This document shows positions 39,757 through 50,531 of a stretch of 64,000 bases of DNA, one piece after another. The position numbers were made by a program, and so were the translations under genes. Source of the DNA: an uncultured Chthonomonadaceae bacterium (GTDB lineage Bacteria; Armatimonadota; Chthonomonadetes; Chthonomonadales; Chthonomonadaceae); contig CAWFQB010000002.1 in NCBI GenBank assembly GCA_963817895.1, forward strand, positions 512,001-576,000. The letters are read 5' to 3'. The first letter of the stretch is position 1; each line of letters opens with the position of its first letter. The notes beneath the pieces were generated by a model that ran no database searches, was not told the origin of the DNA, and saw only the letters and a list, made by a program, of their open reading frames with translations.

Positions 39757-40353
39757 TTACAGCAGTTGGCTGGCCTTGATGATCTCCTGCGCGGTCACTT
39801 TCATCGTCTGGCACTGGTCGCGGCTGATTTTTTGCATCTGTCGAAAGGCGTCCGCCTCGCTGAGTTGGCGGCGATCCTGAAGAATGCCTTTGGCTTTTTC
39901 CACTATTTTGCGCGTTTCCAGCGCATCTTTGATGTCCGTCGCCTCTTTGATAGCATCCTGCAAGGCGCTAAAGCGCGACATGGCGAGACGAATCGCCGGC
40001 AGCAATTGCTCACTGGTGATGGGCTTGACCAGATACGCGCAGGCTCCGGCATCCAGCGCGTTATCCACGTAGGTATCATCGCTGTACGCCGTCAGCATTA
40101 TAATCGGAACGGGCTGATGCTTCAGGATTTCGCGCGTGGCGGCAATGCCGTCAATCGGACCCGGCATGTTGATGTCCATCAGGATCAAGTCGGGCTTGAG
40201 TTCGTGCGCCATTTCAATGGCTTTGCGGCCCTCGACCGCTTCGCCGACAACATCATAACCGGCGCGAACCAAAGCCTTGCGAATCTGCATGACTGTTACG
40301 CCTTCGTCTTCACAGATAAGCGCGCGTTGAATAGTCGTTGTTTCAGACGTCAT
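39757..40353 (-). CDS. REC-ANTAR response regulator (PdtaR/EutV-like)
   Basis: CEDE, LMDINMP, MLTAYS, YLVKP; RKIVEKAKGIL..LSEADAF..MQKISRD. Confidence 0.93.
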   Translation of the reverse strand: MTSETTTIQRALICEDEGVTVMQIRKALVRAGYDVVGEAVEGRKAIEMAHELKPDLILMDINMPGPIDGIAATREILKHQPVPIIMLTAYSDDTYVDNALDAGACAYLVKPITSEQLLPAIRLAMSRFSALQDAIKEATDIKDALETRKIVEKAKGILQDRRQLSEADAFRQMQKISRDQCQTMKVTAQEIIKASQLL

Positions 40354-40511
40354 ACGCCATTCCTTTCGGGAGGATGTGGCCTCGGTAGACCTGCTTAATC
40401 CAGCAGGGGGTTGGGATTGATGATTGCCAGGCTCTTTGCGTAGCCGCTCGGCGTTTGGCAAACAGATAACTACAGAAACAGCGGCAACACGCATTTGCGG
40501 CGCGTGGCTGC

Positions 40512-43054
40512 TTAATGCGCAAACGAAACAGCCGGGGAAGACGATTCTTTATACGGTACATGGGCGGTTACAGTTGCACCGCCGTTGGTTTCATTATTGG
40601 CGTAAGTGAGTTTGCCGCTCAAATCGCGCTCAATCATCATGCTTGTCAAATTCAGCCCGATTTTGCCATGCCGCCGCGCATCGAAATCGGCGGGGAAACC
40701 CGGCCCATCGTCTTCAACGGTCAGTCGCAGATTTTGCCCCTGATGATGCAGCGCAACGTGAAGCGTAACTTCGCTACGCCCCTTTCCGCCATGCCGAACC
40801 GCATTGACGATCAATTCGTTAATCGCAAGCGCCAAAGTTACCGCCAACTTGCTCGGCAAGCAACAGCTCGTCGGCATGGGTGCTGATGTGCAGGTGTTTG
40901 CCCGCGACAACCGCCCCGGTCAGCAGCGTGGGGAGTAGTTTTTCGATCAACGCGCCCGCCTTTACCTGGCTGATACGGTCATTTTCGCCGATAAGTTCAT
41001 GCACGGCATTGATGGTGCGGACTTCGCGCATCGCATGCGCCAGCCCTTCGCGCGCCACAACCGCCTGCCGGATAATTTCCGCTTCCTGATTGGGCGCGCG
41101 TTTATCCTCTTCCGCCTCCATGGTGTACAAATCCAGAATCGCCGCTATCGCCTGTAGAGTATTCTTGACGCGATGATCGGTTTCCTGCAACGACCAGGCC
41201 ATTTGTTCCGCCCGATGGGTGGCTTCCTGATACAATTGCGCGTTTTGAACGGCAGACGCGAGCTGTCCTGCCGCCTGTTGCGCCAGTTGCAGATGATGTT
41301 CGCTATAGCTGTCCCCGTTTCCTGCCTCATTTCCAATTTCAAAGGCAAGCGCGCCCAATAATTCCTGATTTGCAATCAGAGGGATTACAAGAGCGTGATT
41401 CTGCTGCGGCTGTCCGGTTTCAATAGCCTTTTGCAGCGGGTCTGTCAGCATCCAGAACTTCCCAACGCGGTTCCTGCCCGGACTCCTCTGTGTCGCTTCC
41501 TGTTGCGGCAAACGTCCATACATAAACGGGAGGGCGTTTTCGTTCTCCGCTGTGGACAAATGGCTTAACGGGGACACCGGTTTTTTGCGTCACATGTTTG
41601 CGCCTGAATTGAGGCGGCAAGCGGGGAATGAGCGCGCGTTTTGCCGCGCAATTTGCGCAGCAATTCAGTCTCTTCGCTGTCGGACTGCGGATATTCCTGA
41701 CTCCAGCTTTCGTTTTCCGACTTCAGCGGCAGCAGCGCCAATCGCGCGCGCCCGTAAGGAACCAGCGCCTGCGCTTCCTTGAGAAAGGCCGGCACGATGG
41801 CGCTTAATTCCAGCGAACTGTTGACCACCTGCGTCAGCCGGGCAAGCGCGGCCAGATGCTCCCCCCGATCATGGGCGCGGGCATACTGGCGCGCGCTGTG
41901 CAGCACAAAAGCCGCCTGCGTCGCAAAGGTCCGCATCAACTGCGCGTCTTCCTCATGGAATGAAGCGCGTTCTTGCGCGCCTTTATTTGAGTTGTTCGGT
42001 GGCGCGTCGTTTTGCTTGTCATACGCGCACAACAGGCCGACGGGCTGATTATGCGCGATCAAGGGGACGATCAGGGCGCTGTCCACATGCCAGTCGCGCA
42101 GTTGGATGTTCAGCGCGTCCCCATCCTGCTCGCGCGATAGCGTTGCGGCAAAACGTCGCGTTGTTGAAAAGCAGGTCATGCGGCCATTCGCCTTCCCGCA
42201 CCGGCAGGGGCGCGGGCATTTCGGAGGTGAAACCAAAGGCGGGACGCAGGGGATAAAGCGTATTCTGCGCGGCATCGTAGCTCCACATCTCCACGCGCTT
42301 TGCCTGCAAAACGCGTCCGGCGCGCTCCGTCAAATATTCCTGCATGGATTCCGGCGCGCGCGCTCACGGAAAGGTGTCCGGCAATGTCGAACAAACCCTC
42401 TAAGCGCGCGTACCCGGCGGCCATTGGCGTTTGCCAGTTCGCGCAGATGCGTCACAGCGCGGCTGGAATAAAACGCGGCTACCAATCCCAACAGGCCGAA
42501 CACGGAGATAACCGCATCCTGAATGTCGTGCAGTTCGGATACGCGCTGCGCCGCGCGCTCCTGCGCCTTTTCCGCCGAAGTAAGAGCCGTATCCATGTGT
42601 TCGCGCCAGACGCGAATCGTATCGGAAACAGGCTGAGGAGAGCGACCAACACGCGGAACTTGCGCCAGTGTTCGCACCTGATTGAGATGGTTTTGCGTGT
42701 CGTGGACAGAGGCGAGCAGTTGACGCTCGTGCGATCAATCAGCGCGCCGGTGATAATCGGCCCGAAAACCAGAATCAACAGCGCAAAACTGACAAAAGGG
42801 AGCCTGTTTTGCGCTGTATCGGCGGCGAAGATTGCTGACCGCGTTATGCTGTTTTGTCGAGCCATAATGAACCTCAACCGCCCTGTCACAGGCAGAGAAA
42901 TGGCGTGGACTGCCCTGTCCGCGTCCCTCAACCCGCCTGCTGACGGTTCCGCGCTTTCTCCCGCATCCGCAACAAATATTGCTTCTACAGGAACAGTAAT
43001 CTGTTCAAAAAGCGCCTGGTTCATAAGGGAATGGAGAGGCGTCAGGGCGTCCAT
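40512..43054 (-). CDS. Membrane GAF-domain sensor kinase, HisKA_2/HWE type (several frameshifts)
   Basis: TM segments; two GAF regions (LIVPLIAHNQPVG, LVIPLIANQELLG); ETDHRVKNTLQ; INELIVNAVRHG, EDDGPG, IGL. Confidence 0.82.
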
Positions 43055-43212
43055 TCACAAACGTTCGCAAACCAATAAACAATTTCTCAATGCGAGAGTA
43101 AGGACGGAAGGAAGAAGAGGAATGTTCCGAAGGAAGTAGATGGGTAGATGAGTAGATAAGTAGATGGGTTGATAATAAGGATCAAAAATTCTTACCCATC
43201 TACCTTATCATC

Positions 43213-43251
43213 AAAAAAGTAGACGGTAGGAGTTTTGTTCCTACCGTCTAC
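43213..43251 (-). terminator. Intrinsic terminator of the SLH-porin gene
   Basis: GTAGACGGTAGGA / TCCTACCGTCTAC stem with a U6 tract on the minus strand. Confidence 0.75.
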
Positions 43252-43278
43252 CTACCTATCTATCTACCATCTACTTCC

Positions 43279-45303
43279 TTAGAAGTGAACGGCCAGTTGC
43301 GTGGTGAACACGCTGGCGTTCGCGTCGTGGCCCAGGTTGGCGCCGTTGACGCCGCCGCCGGTGAAGCTGCCGAAGCCGCCGCCGACATTCTGCTGGTTGA
43401 GGATCTGGTACGCGAATTTCAGCACGGTGTTGCTGGCGAGGTTCAGGCCCGCATTGAACGTCAGGTACTGCTCGACCGGGCGGCGCGCGGCCACTGGCCG
43501 ACACCGCCGAGGACAGGTCATACATAACGCCTTCGTAGGTTGCGCCCACGTTGACATGCTTGTTGACGTTGTACTTGACGCCTGCCGTAGCGCGCTTGAC
43601 ATCGCTGCCTTTGGTGAAGCCGCCGACGAACGCGCGGTTGCGCGCGCCGTGTAGTAGTCGCCTCCGATGAAGCCCACGAGCGCGTTGGAGAAGTTGTACG
43701 TCACGCGAGCGTAGGGACCGGAGATGTTGGTCGGATTGTACCAGTTGCCGATCTTGTTCCAGTAACCCGGAGCCTCGTAGCGCGGATCAATGTACTGGTA
43801 GCCCAGAATGGCATTCACGGGGCCGGTATTGTAGCCCAGGTTGGCAACATAAGCGTTGTTGTCATCATTGATGTTGGACGGATCGCCATCCAGCGTGCCG
43901 CGCTGCGTGACGCTCTTGGCGGCTTCACCGGAGAGGGTGAAACGGCCAACCGGGTTCAGCCTTCAGGTTCACGCCGTAGACAACCACGTTATTGAAGTTG
44001 CCCAGACGCGGAAGGTTGCTGGCATTGCCGAAGTCAATCAGCGTCGCGCCCAATTCGCCCAGGCGAAGGATGGGAATGGCAATGTGAATGCCCGCGCTTT
44101 CGCCCGCTGCCGCCTGATTCCGGGGACAGCCACAGGCTGGTCGGTTTCCCGCGCCATTGAAGCGGTTGGCGCAGTTGGCCGGGTTGATAGTTCGCGCCGA
44201 CAAGGGGCGTGTTGATCGCGCTGCCAGCGGTCGTGGTCAGGGAGCGGTAGCTGCCCGCGAAGATGGACGTTTTCGCGCTGCCGAACTTGCTTTCCAACTT
44301 GACGCCATCTTCGATCCAGTTGCCGTCATCGTACCAGGGCAGGTCGAAGTAGGCATCCGTGTCGGGGCGGTAGTAGGTGAGCGGCGTGACCTGGTGCTTG
44401 TAGCGGCCAACCGTGCAACTGCGTTCCGCTGCCGAAACCGCCAATCGGAATCGCCAGGTTCGCTTCGTACAGGGTCACTTCTTCCGGGCCGCCGTTCGGA
44501 TTGGCAGCCGGAGGGACCGCCCAGGAGCGTCGCGCCCACCGGGCCGGACGACGACAACGGGTTGGGGCCGGGAGCGCCGCTGCCGGTCACGCTGTTGGCG
44601 CGATAGCTCAGGTAGTTGGACGCAACCAGGTCCACGTTCGCCTTGACGCCACCGGGCAGGGTGCCGCGCGCATCCAGGTGGAAGTCATGCACGGCGCTCA
44701 CGTTTTCCAGCAGGGAGCGGTTCGCGTTGCGAACCGCGCCGCTGTAGTCGTAGAACGGCACGCGGGACTGGTCGGAGCGGAAGCCGCCGAACAGGTCGCC
44801 GCTGAACTTGATCTGGCGGCGCAGGTAGTCCTGAATATCCGCGACATCGCGGGCCAGCGCATCCAGACGGGAATTGATGTCCTTGATGTTGGCGCCGATA
44901 GCGGCGAGTTCACTCTGGAACTCGGTGGCCAGGGCGCGGAAGCGGGCCAGTTCTTCCGGCGTCACGCCGGGAGGGCCTGCGGGACCGGCGGGACCGGCTT
45001 CGCCATGCGCGCCGGCGGGGCCGGCGGGGCCGGCGGGACCGCGCCGGGTCCCTGAACTTTCGCCAGGGCGCGCTGAAGCGCGACGGCGAACTCGTAGCGG
45101 GTCAGGGGGCGCTTGCCACGGAAGTACCCATCCGGGTAGCCGAGCAGGATGCCACGATTTTGCAGGTCGGTGACCGCGTCGTAGGCCCAGTGGGACTGGG
45201 GAACGTCCTGGAACAGCTTGGCGTTCTGTGCCTGTGAGGGCGCGGCCATGCTGATCGCGAGAACGGAAAGGGATGCGCCCAGGAAGGGCAATGCCTTTCG
45301 CAT
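43279..45303 (-). CDS. SLH-domain outer-membrane porin/tether, OmpM/SlpA-like (several frameshifts)
   Basis: Signal peptide; FQDVPQSHWAYDAV..GYPDGYFRG..LTRYEFA; Gly-X-Y run; coiled coil; beta-strands ending in Phe (AVHF). Confidence 0.85.
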
Positions 45304-46058
45304 GATGATCTATCCTCCATAAAAAACATAGCGACTCGGAGTCCTGAGATTCAGGGGAGCCGGTATGTCGTGAGAGATGGAACGCGCAATGCCCCTTGCG
45401 CGACTTCCAGATTTTGGAAACGCGGCCCGCGTTTGGGAACGCTGCGGCGCTGCCGGGAGGCTCTCATTCATGGAATCGGAATACGGGTTTGGAGAAGAGT
45501 TTCCTTGTATCCTGCTTCTCGCGGCCCGCCTCGATGCGGAACGATGGCGTCCTGGCGCATTCCGTCGCGATCTTCTGCGTGGATAGCGTGGGCAATTCGG
45601 GGTTGTTTAGAACATGATTAGAACGACTGACGAACTAAAAACGTTTGAACCCGTTGATTTGTTCCCTGTTTCAAGTGATTTTTAATAAATTCTTAAAAAT
45701 ATTTCCACAGAAAACTGACAGTTTGCCGCTGTCAACAAAGAGAATAGCACAATGGCAATGGTGGCGTCAAGACTCACAGGGCATTTCGCGTGGTATTTCC
45801 GTAAAAATAACAGAATTTATCGCTTTCAGGCTATTATATTTGCCGTCCGCTTCTTGATCGCTATGCAGGAGTACGAACGAGCGGCGCGGATGTGACACCT
45901 GTTTTTTCAATTTCATGCAAAAAGAGGAATAGGCAAGCCTGTAGTGGAATCAAGTAGAGAGTTCTAATCAAATTGCCCTCAACCCCCTGCCCCCTTCTCC
46001 CAAAAAAGCCTGGGAGAAGGGGAAACGATTAACACAGGCTTTTTAGGAGAGCAGAACC

Positions 46059-48545
46059 ATGCGCGTTCCCCCGCCCGAACCTGAAGAGATTGCCGCGCTT
46101 TCCGACGCTTCCGAGGCTGCCGAAGCGTCTGCCCATTCCGCCGCGAACCCTCTGGCCGCGCTGTCCCCCGAAGAGCAGGGCCGATTGGCGCAGCGGATGA
46201 TGCGGCGGCAGGGCGCGCTCAGTCTGCGCGTGGCCGCCGTGTTCACCGTGCTGTTGCTCGGTCTGCCCCTGGTCAACTACTTTCTGCCCGAACTGGCAAA
46301 CACGTCCGTTTTCGGTTTTTCCGCGACGTGGCTGTTCCTCGGCGTCCTGTTTTATCCCATCACGGTGCTGCTGTCCCTCTACTTCGTGAAACATTCCGAC
46401 CGCATCGAGGCGGAAACGGCGAAAGAGTCTCTGATCTATAAGGAAAAACCAATGACGGATTTGATGTGGATACCGCTGCTGTTTGTCCTCGCCATGATTG
46501 CCGCGACGGTCGGGTTGGGCGTGATGGCGACCCGGCAATCCAAAACCGCGTCCGACTTTTTTGTGGCGGGGCGAAGCGTCAGCGTGTTCTGGAACGCCAG
46601 CGCGATTTCGGGCGAGTATCTCAGCGCGGCCTCGTTCCTCGGCATTGCCGGACTGGTGATGAAAAACGGCTATGACGCGCTCTGGTATCCGGTCTGTTAC
46701 GCGACGGGGTATCTGTTTCTGCTGCTGTTCATTGCGGGGCCGCTGCGCCGGTTCGGGGCGTATACCATTCCCGACTTTGCCGAGGGTCGTTTCGACAGCC
46801 CCCTGTTTCGCAAAATCGCCGTCACGTTCGTCCTGTTCATCGGCTTCTTCTACACCATGCCGCAGATGAAGGGCGCGGGCATCACGATTGGCGCATTGCT
46901 TGGCTGGCCCTATTGGGCGGGCATCGCGGTTGTCGGCTGCGTGATTACCTTTAATGTCGCGCTGGGCGGCATGAAGGGCATTACGCTTGTGCAAGCCTTG
47001 CAATACTGGGCCAAAATATTCGCCATTTCCGCGCCCGTCTTCATCCTGATCTTCTTATATGGCGGCTACAGCGGCACACTGGCGCGTTTCGCGCAGGAAC
47101 CCAAAGCCGCGCCCAAAGTGGAAAAAGATACCACGCTCAAGTTCAAGGGCAAGAAAGACGCGCCCGCCAACGCCGCCTCGTTTTCCACCCTCGGCCTGAC
47201 ACGCATGTTCTTTCCCGATGGGGTTCATGTTTACAATATTACGCCCACCGTAAAAATGACGCCGGATCAGAGAACCTCACCGGAACTGTTCTATGAGTAT
47301 GCCTGGTCGCCTTCAGAAACTATCGGCAAACCGGGTTATAAATCCATCAAGGATTATCCCTGGCAGACCTACCCAACCAACGCAACTGACGACAGGCTCA
47401 TTGACACGCAGCGTGGGCAGATCGCTGCTGGCGGCGGTGTGTCTATAACCAGCCACGACATAACTACGCAGCCAGTTCTATTTGTGACCCGGCCTTTCAC
47501 CATTACAGAAAAAGGGCAGCCGGTGTTGAAGAACGGCAAGCCTGTCAAGGCGGCGGCGAAAGTGGAGTTTGACACCCCGACAGCGGCGATACTGCCTGCC
47601 GGTTCCTATGTGCCGAACGCGCAGAACAACAAAAAATGGCTGGAACCGTTCGGAACGCTCACGGGCAAATGGGAACATCCCATTCTGTACACCTACTCGC
47701 TGATTATCGCGCTGATTTGCGGAACCGCCGGTCTGCCGCATATTCTCGTCCGCTTTTACACCAACCCGGACGGACGGGCCGCCAAGCGCACAACCCTTTT
47801 AGTCATGGGACTGCTCGGCGCGTTTTACGTGTTCACGCCACTGTGGGGCGCGTTGGGGCGAGCGGTTCTGCCCGCGCTGTACGCCAACAACGCGACCGAT
47901 CAACTGCTCATCAAACTCCCCGGCGTCCTTGAAAATCATCTGCTCGGAGCCGTCCTGATGGGCGTGACCAGCGCGGGCGCGTTTGCCGCGTTCATGTCTA
48001 CGTTTTCCGGCCTGCTCGTCAGCATGTCCGGCGCGGTCGCCCACGATATTTATGGTAAAATACTGCGCCCGCACAGTTCGCCGCAGCAGCGTCTCGTGGC
48101 CTTCAAATGGGCAGCGGTCGTCATCGGGATCGTGTCCATGCTGCTCGGCCTGCTCGTGGAATCGTTCGACATTGCCATGCTCGTCGGGTGGGCATTCGCC
48201 ATTGCCGCCGCGTCGTACTTTCCGCTGCTTCTGCTCGGCGCGTGGTGGCGCGGCCTGACCAAATACGGCGCGGCGGCGGGGATGCTGACCGGCGGCACAT
48301 TATCCATGATCGCCATTGTCGCGTCCATGCTGCTGGACAAAAAAGTGCTGACGTTCCAACTCGACCCGCTGATTCGCTCCCTGATGGAACAACCCGCCAT
48401 CTGGGGCGTACCCTTATCTATCGGCATTATGATCGGCGTGTCCCTCCTGACCGCCCAACATGTGCCGAAAGACATCGCCATCAAAATGCTCCGCCTCCAC
48501 GCCCCCGAAGAGATGGGCTTTTCGCGGAATTATATCGAACACTGA
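46059..48545 (+). CDS. DUF485-like membrane segment in frame with a cation/acetate symporter (ActP-like, SSS family)
   Basis: Two-TM DUF485-like N-terminus; SDFFVAGR, NASAISGEYLSAASFLG, GTAGLPHILVRFYTNPD, AAFMST; internal ATG at 46452. Confidence 0.88.
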   Translation: MRVPPPEPEEIAALSDASEAAEASAHSAANPLAALSPEEQGRLAQRMMRRQGALSLRVAAVFTVLLLGLPLVNYFLPELANTSVFGFSATWLFLGVLFYPITVLLSLYFVKHSDRIEAETAKESLIYKEKPMTDLMWIPLLFVLAMIAATVGLGVMATRQSKTASDFFVAGRSVSVFWNASAISGEYLSAASFLGIAGLVMKNGYDALWYPVCYATGYLFLLLFIAGPLRRFGAYTIPDFAEGRFDSPLFRKIAVTFVLFIGFFYTMPQMKGAGITIGALLGWPYWAGIAVVGCVITFNVALGGMKGITLVQALQYWAKIFAISAPVFILIFLYGGYSGTLARFAQEPKAAPKVEKDTTLKFKGKKDAPANAASFSTLGLTRMFFPDGVHVYNITPTVKMTPDQRTSPELFYEYAWSPSETIGKPGYKSIKDYPWQTYPTNATDDRLIDTQRGQIAAGGGVSITSHDITTQPVLFVTRPFTITEKGQPVLKNGKPVKAAAKVEFDTPTAAILPAGSYVPNAQNNKKWLEPFGTLTGKWEHPILYTYSLIIALICGTAGLPHILVRFYTNPDGRAAKRTTLLVMGLLGAFYVFTPLWGALGRAVLPALYANNATDQLLIKLPGVLENHLLGAVLMGVTSAGAFAAFMSTFSGLLVSMSGAVAHDIYGKILRPHSSPQQRLVAFKWAAVVIGIVSMLLGLLVESFDIAMLVGWAFAIAAASYFPLLLLGAWWRGLTKYGAAAGMLTGGTLSMIAIVASMLLDKKVLTFQLDPLIRSLMEQPAIWGVPLSIGIMIGVSLLTAQHVPKDIAIKMLRLHAPEEMGFSRNYIEH

Positions 48546-48549
48546 GGAG

Positions 48550-48657
48550 GGTGTTCAGGTGTTCGGTGTTCAGGGCAATACAACAGGCACAGTTTTGCTT
48601 GCGCGCGACAAGGCTTGTATTTGGTTTCCTGAACACCTGAACACCTGAACACCTGAA
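48550..48657. repeat. Inverted GGTGTTCA octamer arrays
   Basis: GGTGTTCAGGTGTTCGGTGTTCAGG ... (CCTGAACA)x3. Confidence 0.75.
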
Positions 48658-48666
48658 AGGACTACC

Positions 48667-49659
48667 ATGCTGACCCGACGTTCACTGCTGAGTGCCGCAT
48701 TTGCGCTGACAACCGGCGCGTTTGCCGTTGCGCTTGTTTCTTCTCATTCCACGGCTGCCGCGCCCGCTAAAAAAGCGAAAAAACATGTGCTTGTCGTGAC
48801 CGCTACAACCGGATTTCGACATGGGAGCAGCATTGCCATTGCTCGTGAAGTAATCGCGAAACTTGGCGATGACAGCGGCCTGTGGGATACGGATTACGCC
48901 GACGCCGATGCTGAATTGTACGCGCATCAGAAGACGGATGAAGAGAAGAAAGCGCTTTCAGACGCCATTAAAACGGTTCTGGCGGAAAAAATGTCCGTTG
49001 CGGCCATGAAAAAGTACGATACCATTATCTTCGCCAATACCACCGGCGAACTGCCCCTGCCCGATCCGCAGGGATTTCTGGACTACATCAAAGCGGGACA
49101 CGGGTTCGCGGCCATGCACTCCGGCGGCGATACGTTCCATACGTGGGCCACGCCGTATGAGGGCAAGGACAAGGGCGCGCCCACTCCCTACGTGCAGATG
49201 CTCGGCGGCGAGTTTGAAACGCACCACGCGCAAAGCGAGAATGAACTCAATATTCGAGACCCCGATTTCCCCGCCATGAAACCCGTCGTGGAAGCCGGCA
49301 AAAAGGGGCTACAGTCTAGCGTGGACACGCATAAAAATACCATGCCCATCGGCGGCACGAAATGGAAAACGTTTGAAGAAACGTATATCTACAAGAACAA
49401 CGATCCGTCCAAAGTACACGTCCTGCTCGACATAGACCACTACCCGAACGATCAGAGTCCCGAAGCGAACAAGCCGGGACAGCACCTCATCGCGTGGTCG
49501 AAAATGTACGGCAAAGGCCGCATTTTCTACACCGCGCTCGGCCATCGCGACGAAATGTGGCGCGACCCCATCTATCAGCAGCACATACTCGGCGGCATCA
49601 AATTCGCTCTCGGCCTCGCCAAAGGCTCCACCACGCCGGGTAACTACGTGATGAAATAG
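48667..49659 (+). CDS. Tat-exported ThuA-domain protein
   Basis: TRRSLL; TGFRHGS, FANTTGEL, GFAAMHS, GKGRIFYTALGH. Confidence 0.88.
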   Translation: MLTRRSLLSAAFALTTGAFAVALVSSHSTAAAPAKKAKKHVLVVTATTGFRHGSSIAIAREVIAKLGDDSGLWDTDYADADAELYAHQKTDEEKKALSDAIKTVLAEKMSVAAMKKYDTIIFANTTGELPLPDPQGFLDYIKAGHGFAAMHSGGDTFHTWATPYEGKDKGAPTPYVQMLGGEFETHHAQSENELNIRDPDFPAMKPVVEAGKKGLQSSVDTHKNTMPIGGTKWKTFEETYIYKNNDPSKVHVLLDIDHYPNDQSPEANKPGQHLIAWSKMYGKGRIFYTALGHRDEMWRDPIYQQHILGGIKFALGLAKGSTTPGNYVMK

Positions 49660-49664
49660 AAGAG

Positions 49665-49806
49665 TAGCCGCGAATGAACGCGAATAAACGCGAATAGAAC
49701 ACAGAAAATGCCGAACATTATTTCTGTAAACGCCGTTATGCCCTGTTACGTAGAACAGTCATAGAACTTCAAGCTATTTGCGTTCATTCGCGTTCATTCG
49801 CGGCTA
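49665..49806. repeat. Second copy of the GCGAATGAAC-unit inverted element
   Basis: Left arm identical over 32 bp to 19603-19634; right arm has two mismatches; spacer differs. Confidence 0.85.
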
Positions 49807-49829
49807 TTTTTGAGCATTGGAGATAGGCC

Positions 49830-50531
49830 ATGAGGTCAGATAACAGCCCGCAGCGGCTGGCGTGTCCCCGCTGCCATGCGAATAATTTTGTCGGGCAGGC
49901 GCAATGCTGGCAGTGCAAGGCATCCCTGCCGCCGCCCGAAGCCATGAATACACCTACGGTAGCGGGTTGGGCGCAACCGTCGAGCGCGTTCCCGCCGCAA
50001 TCGGTACACCCGCCTGTAATAAATCCGCAGGCTGTCAGCCCGCAGGCGAACTGGCAGGCGGCGAACGCGGCAATTCCCTCACAGGAACCGCAGCCCGCTT
50101 CGCGCCGGGGCAGCAAAACGCCGCTGATAATGGCGGGCGCGTTAATGACGGCAGGCGTGGTCGTGTGGCTGGCGTTTCATCGCGCCGCGCCTGTCTCAAC
50201 TACGCCGGGATTGTCGCTGCCGCCCGGAGTCTCCACAGCGGGAACAGAGGGCGTATTGCCGGACGGGATGCTGCCCGGTTCCCATGACATCCGCTTCGCG
50301 CAGCCGGAACGCGATCCTATTCGCATTTCCGCTGATCCGACCGAAGCCGCGGCGCGACGCGCAGTACAACGCGCCATTCCACGGCTCGGCCTGCCGCCGG
50401 GTACGAGTTCGGACGGAAGCGTTCACCTGCGCAACGGCGACACTATCAGCAAAGAACAGTACGAAGCCGCGCAGGAGAAGCTCAAAAACAATCCGCTTAT
50501 GGGTGGCCCTCCTACCGTGCCGCGTCTGTAG
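49830..50531 (+). CDS. Zinc-ribbon membrane protein
   Basis: RBS; CPRC...CWQC; Pro-rich linker; one TM helix. Confidence 0.75.
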   Translation: MRSDNSPQRLACPRCHANNFVGQAQCWQCKASLPPPEAMNTPTVAGWAQPSSAFPPQSVHPPVINPQAVSPQANWQAANAAIPSQEPQPASRRGSKTPLIMAGALMTAGVVVWLAFHRAAPVSTTPGLSLPPGVSTAGTEGVLPDGMLPGSHDIRFAQPERDPIRISADPTEAAARRAVQRAIPRLGLPPGTSSDGSVHLRNGDTISKEQYEAAQEKLKNNPLMGGPPTVPRL

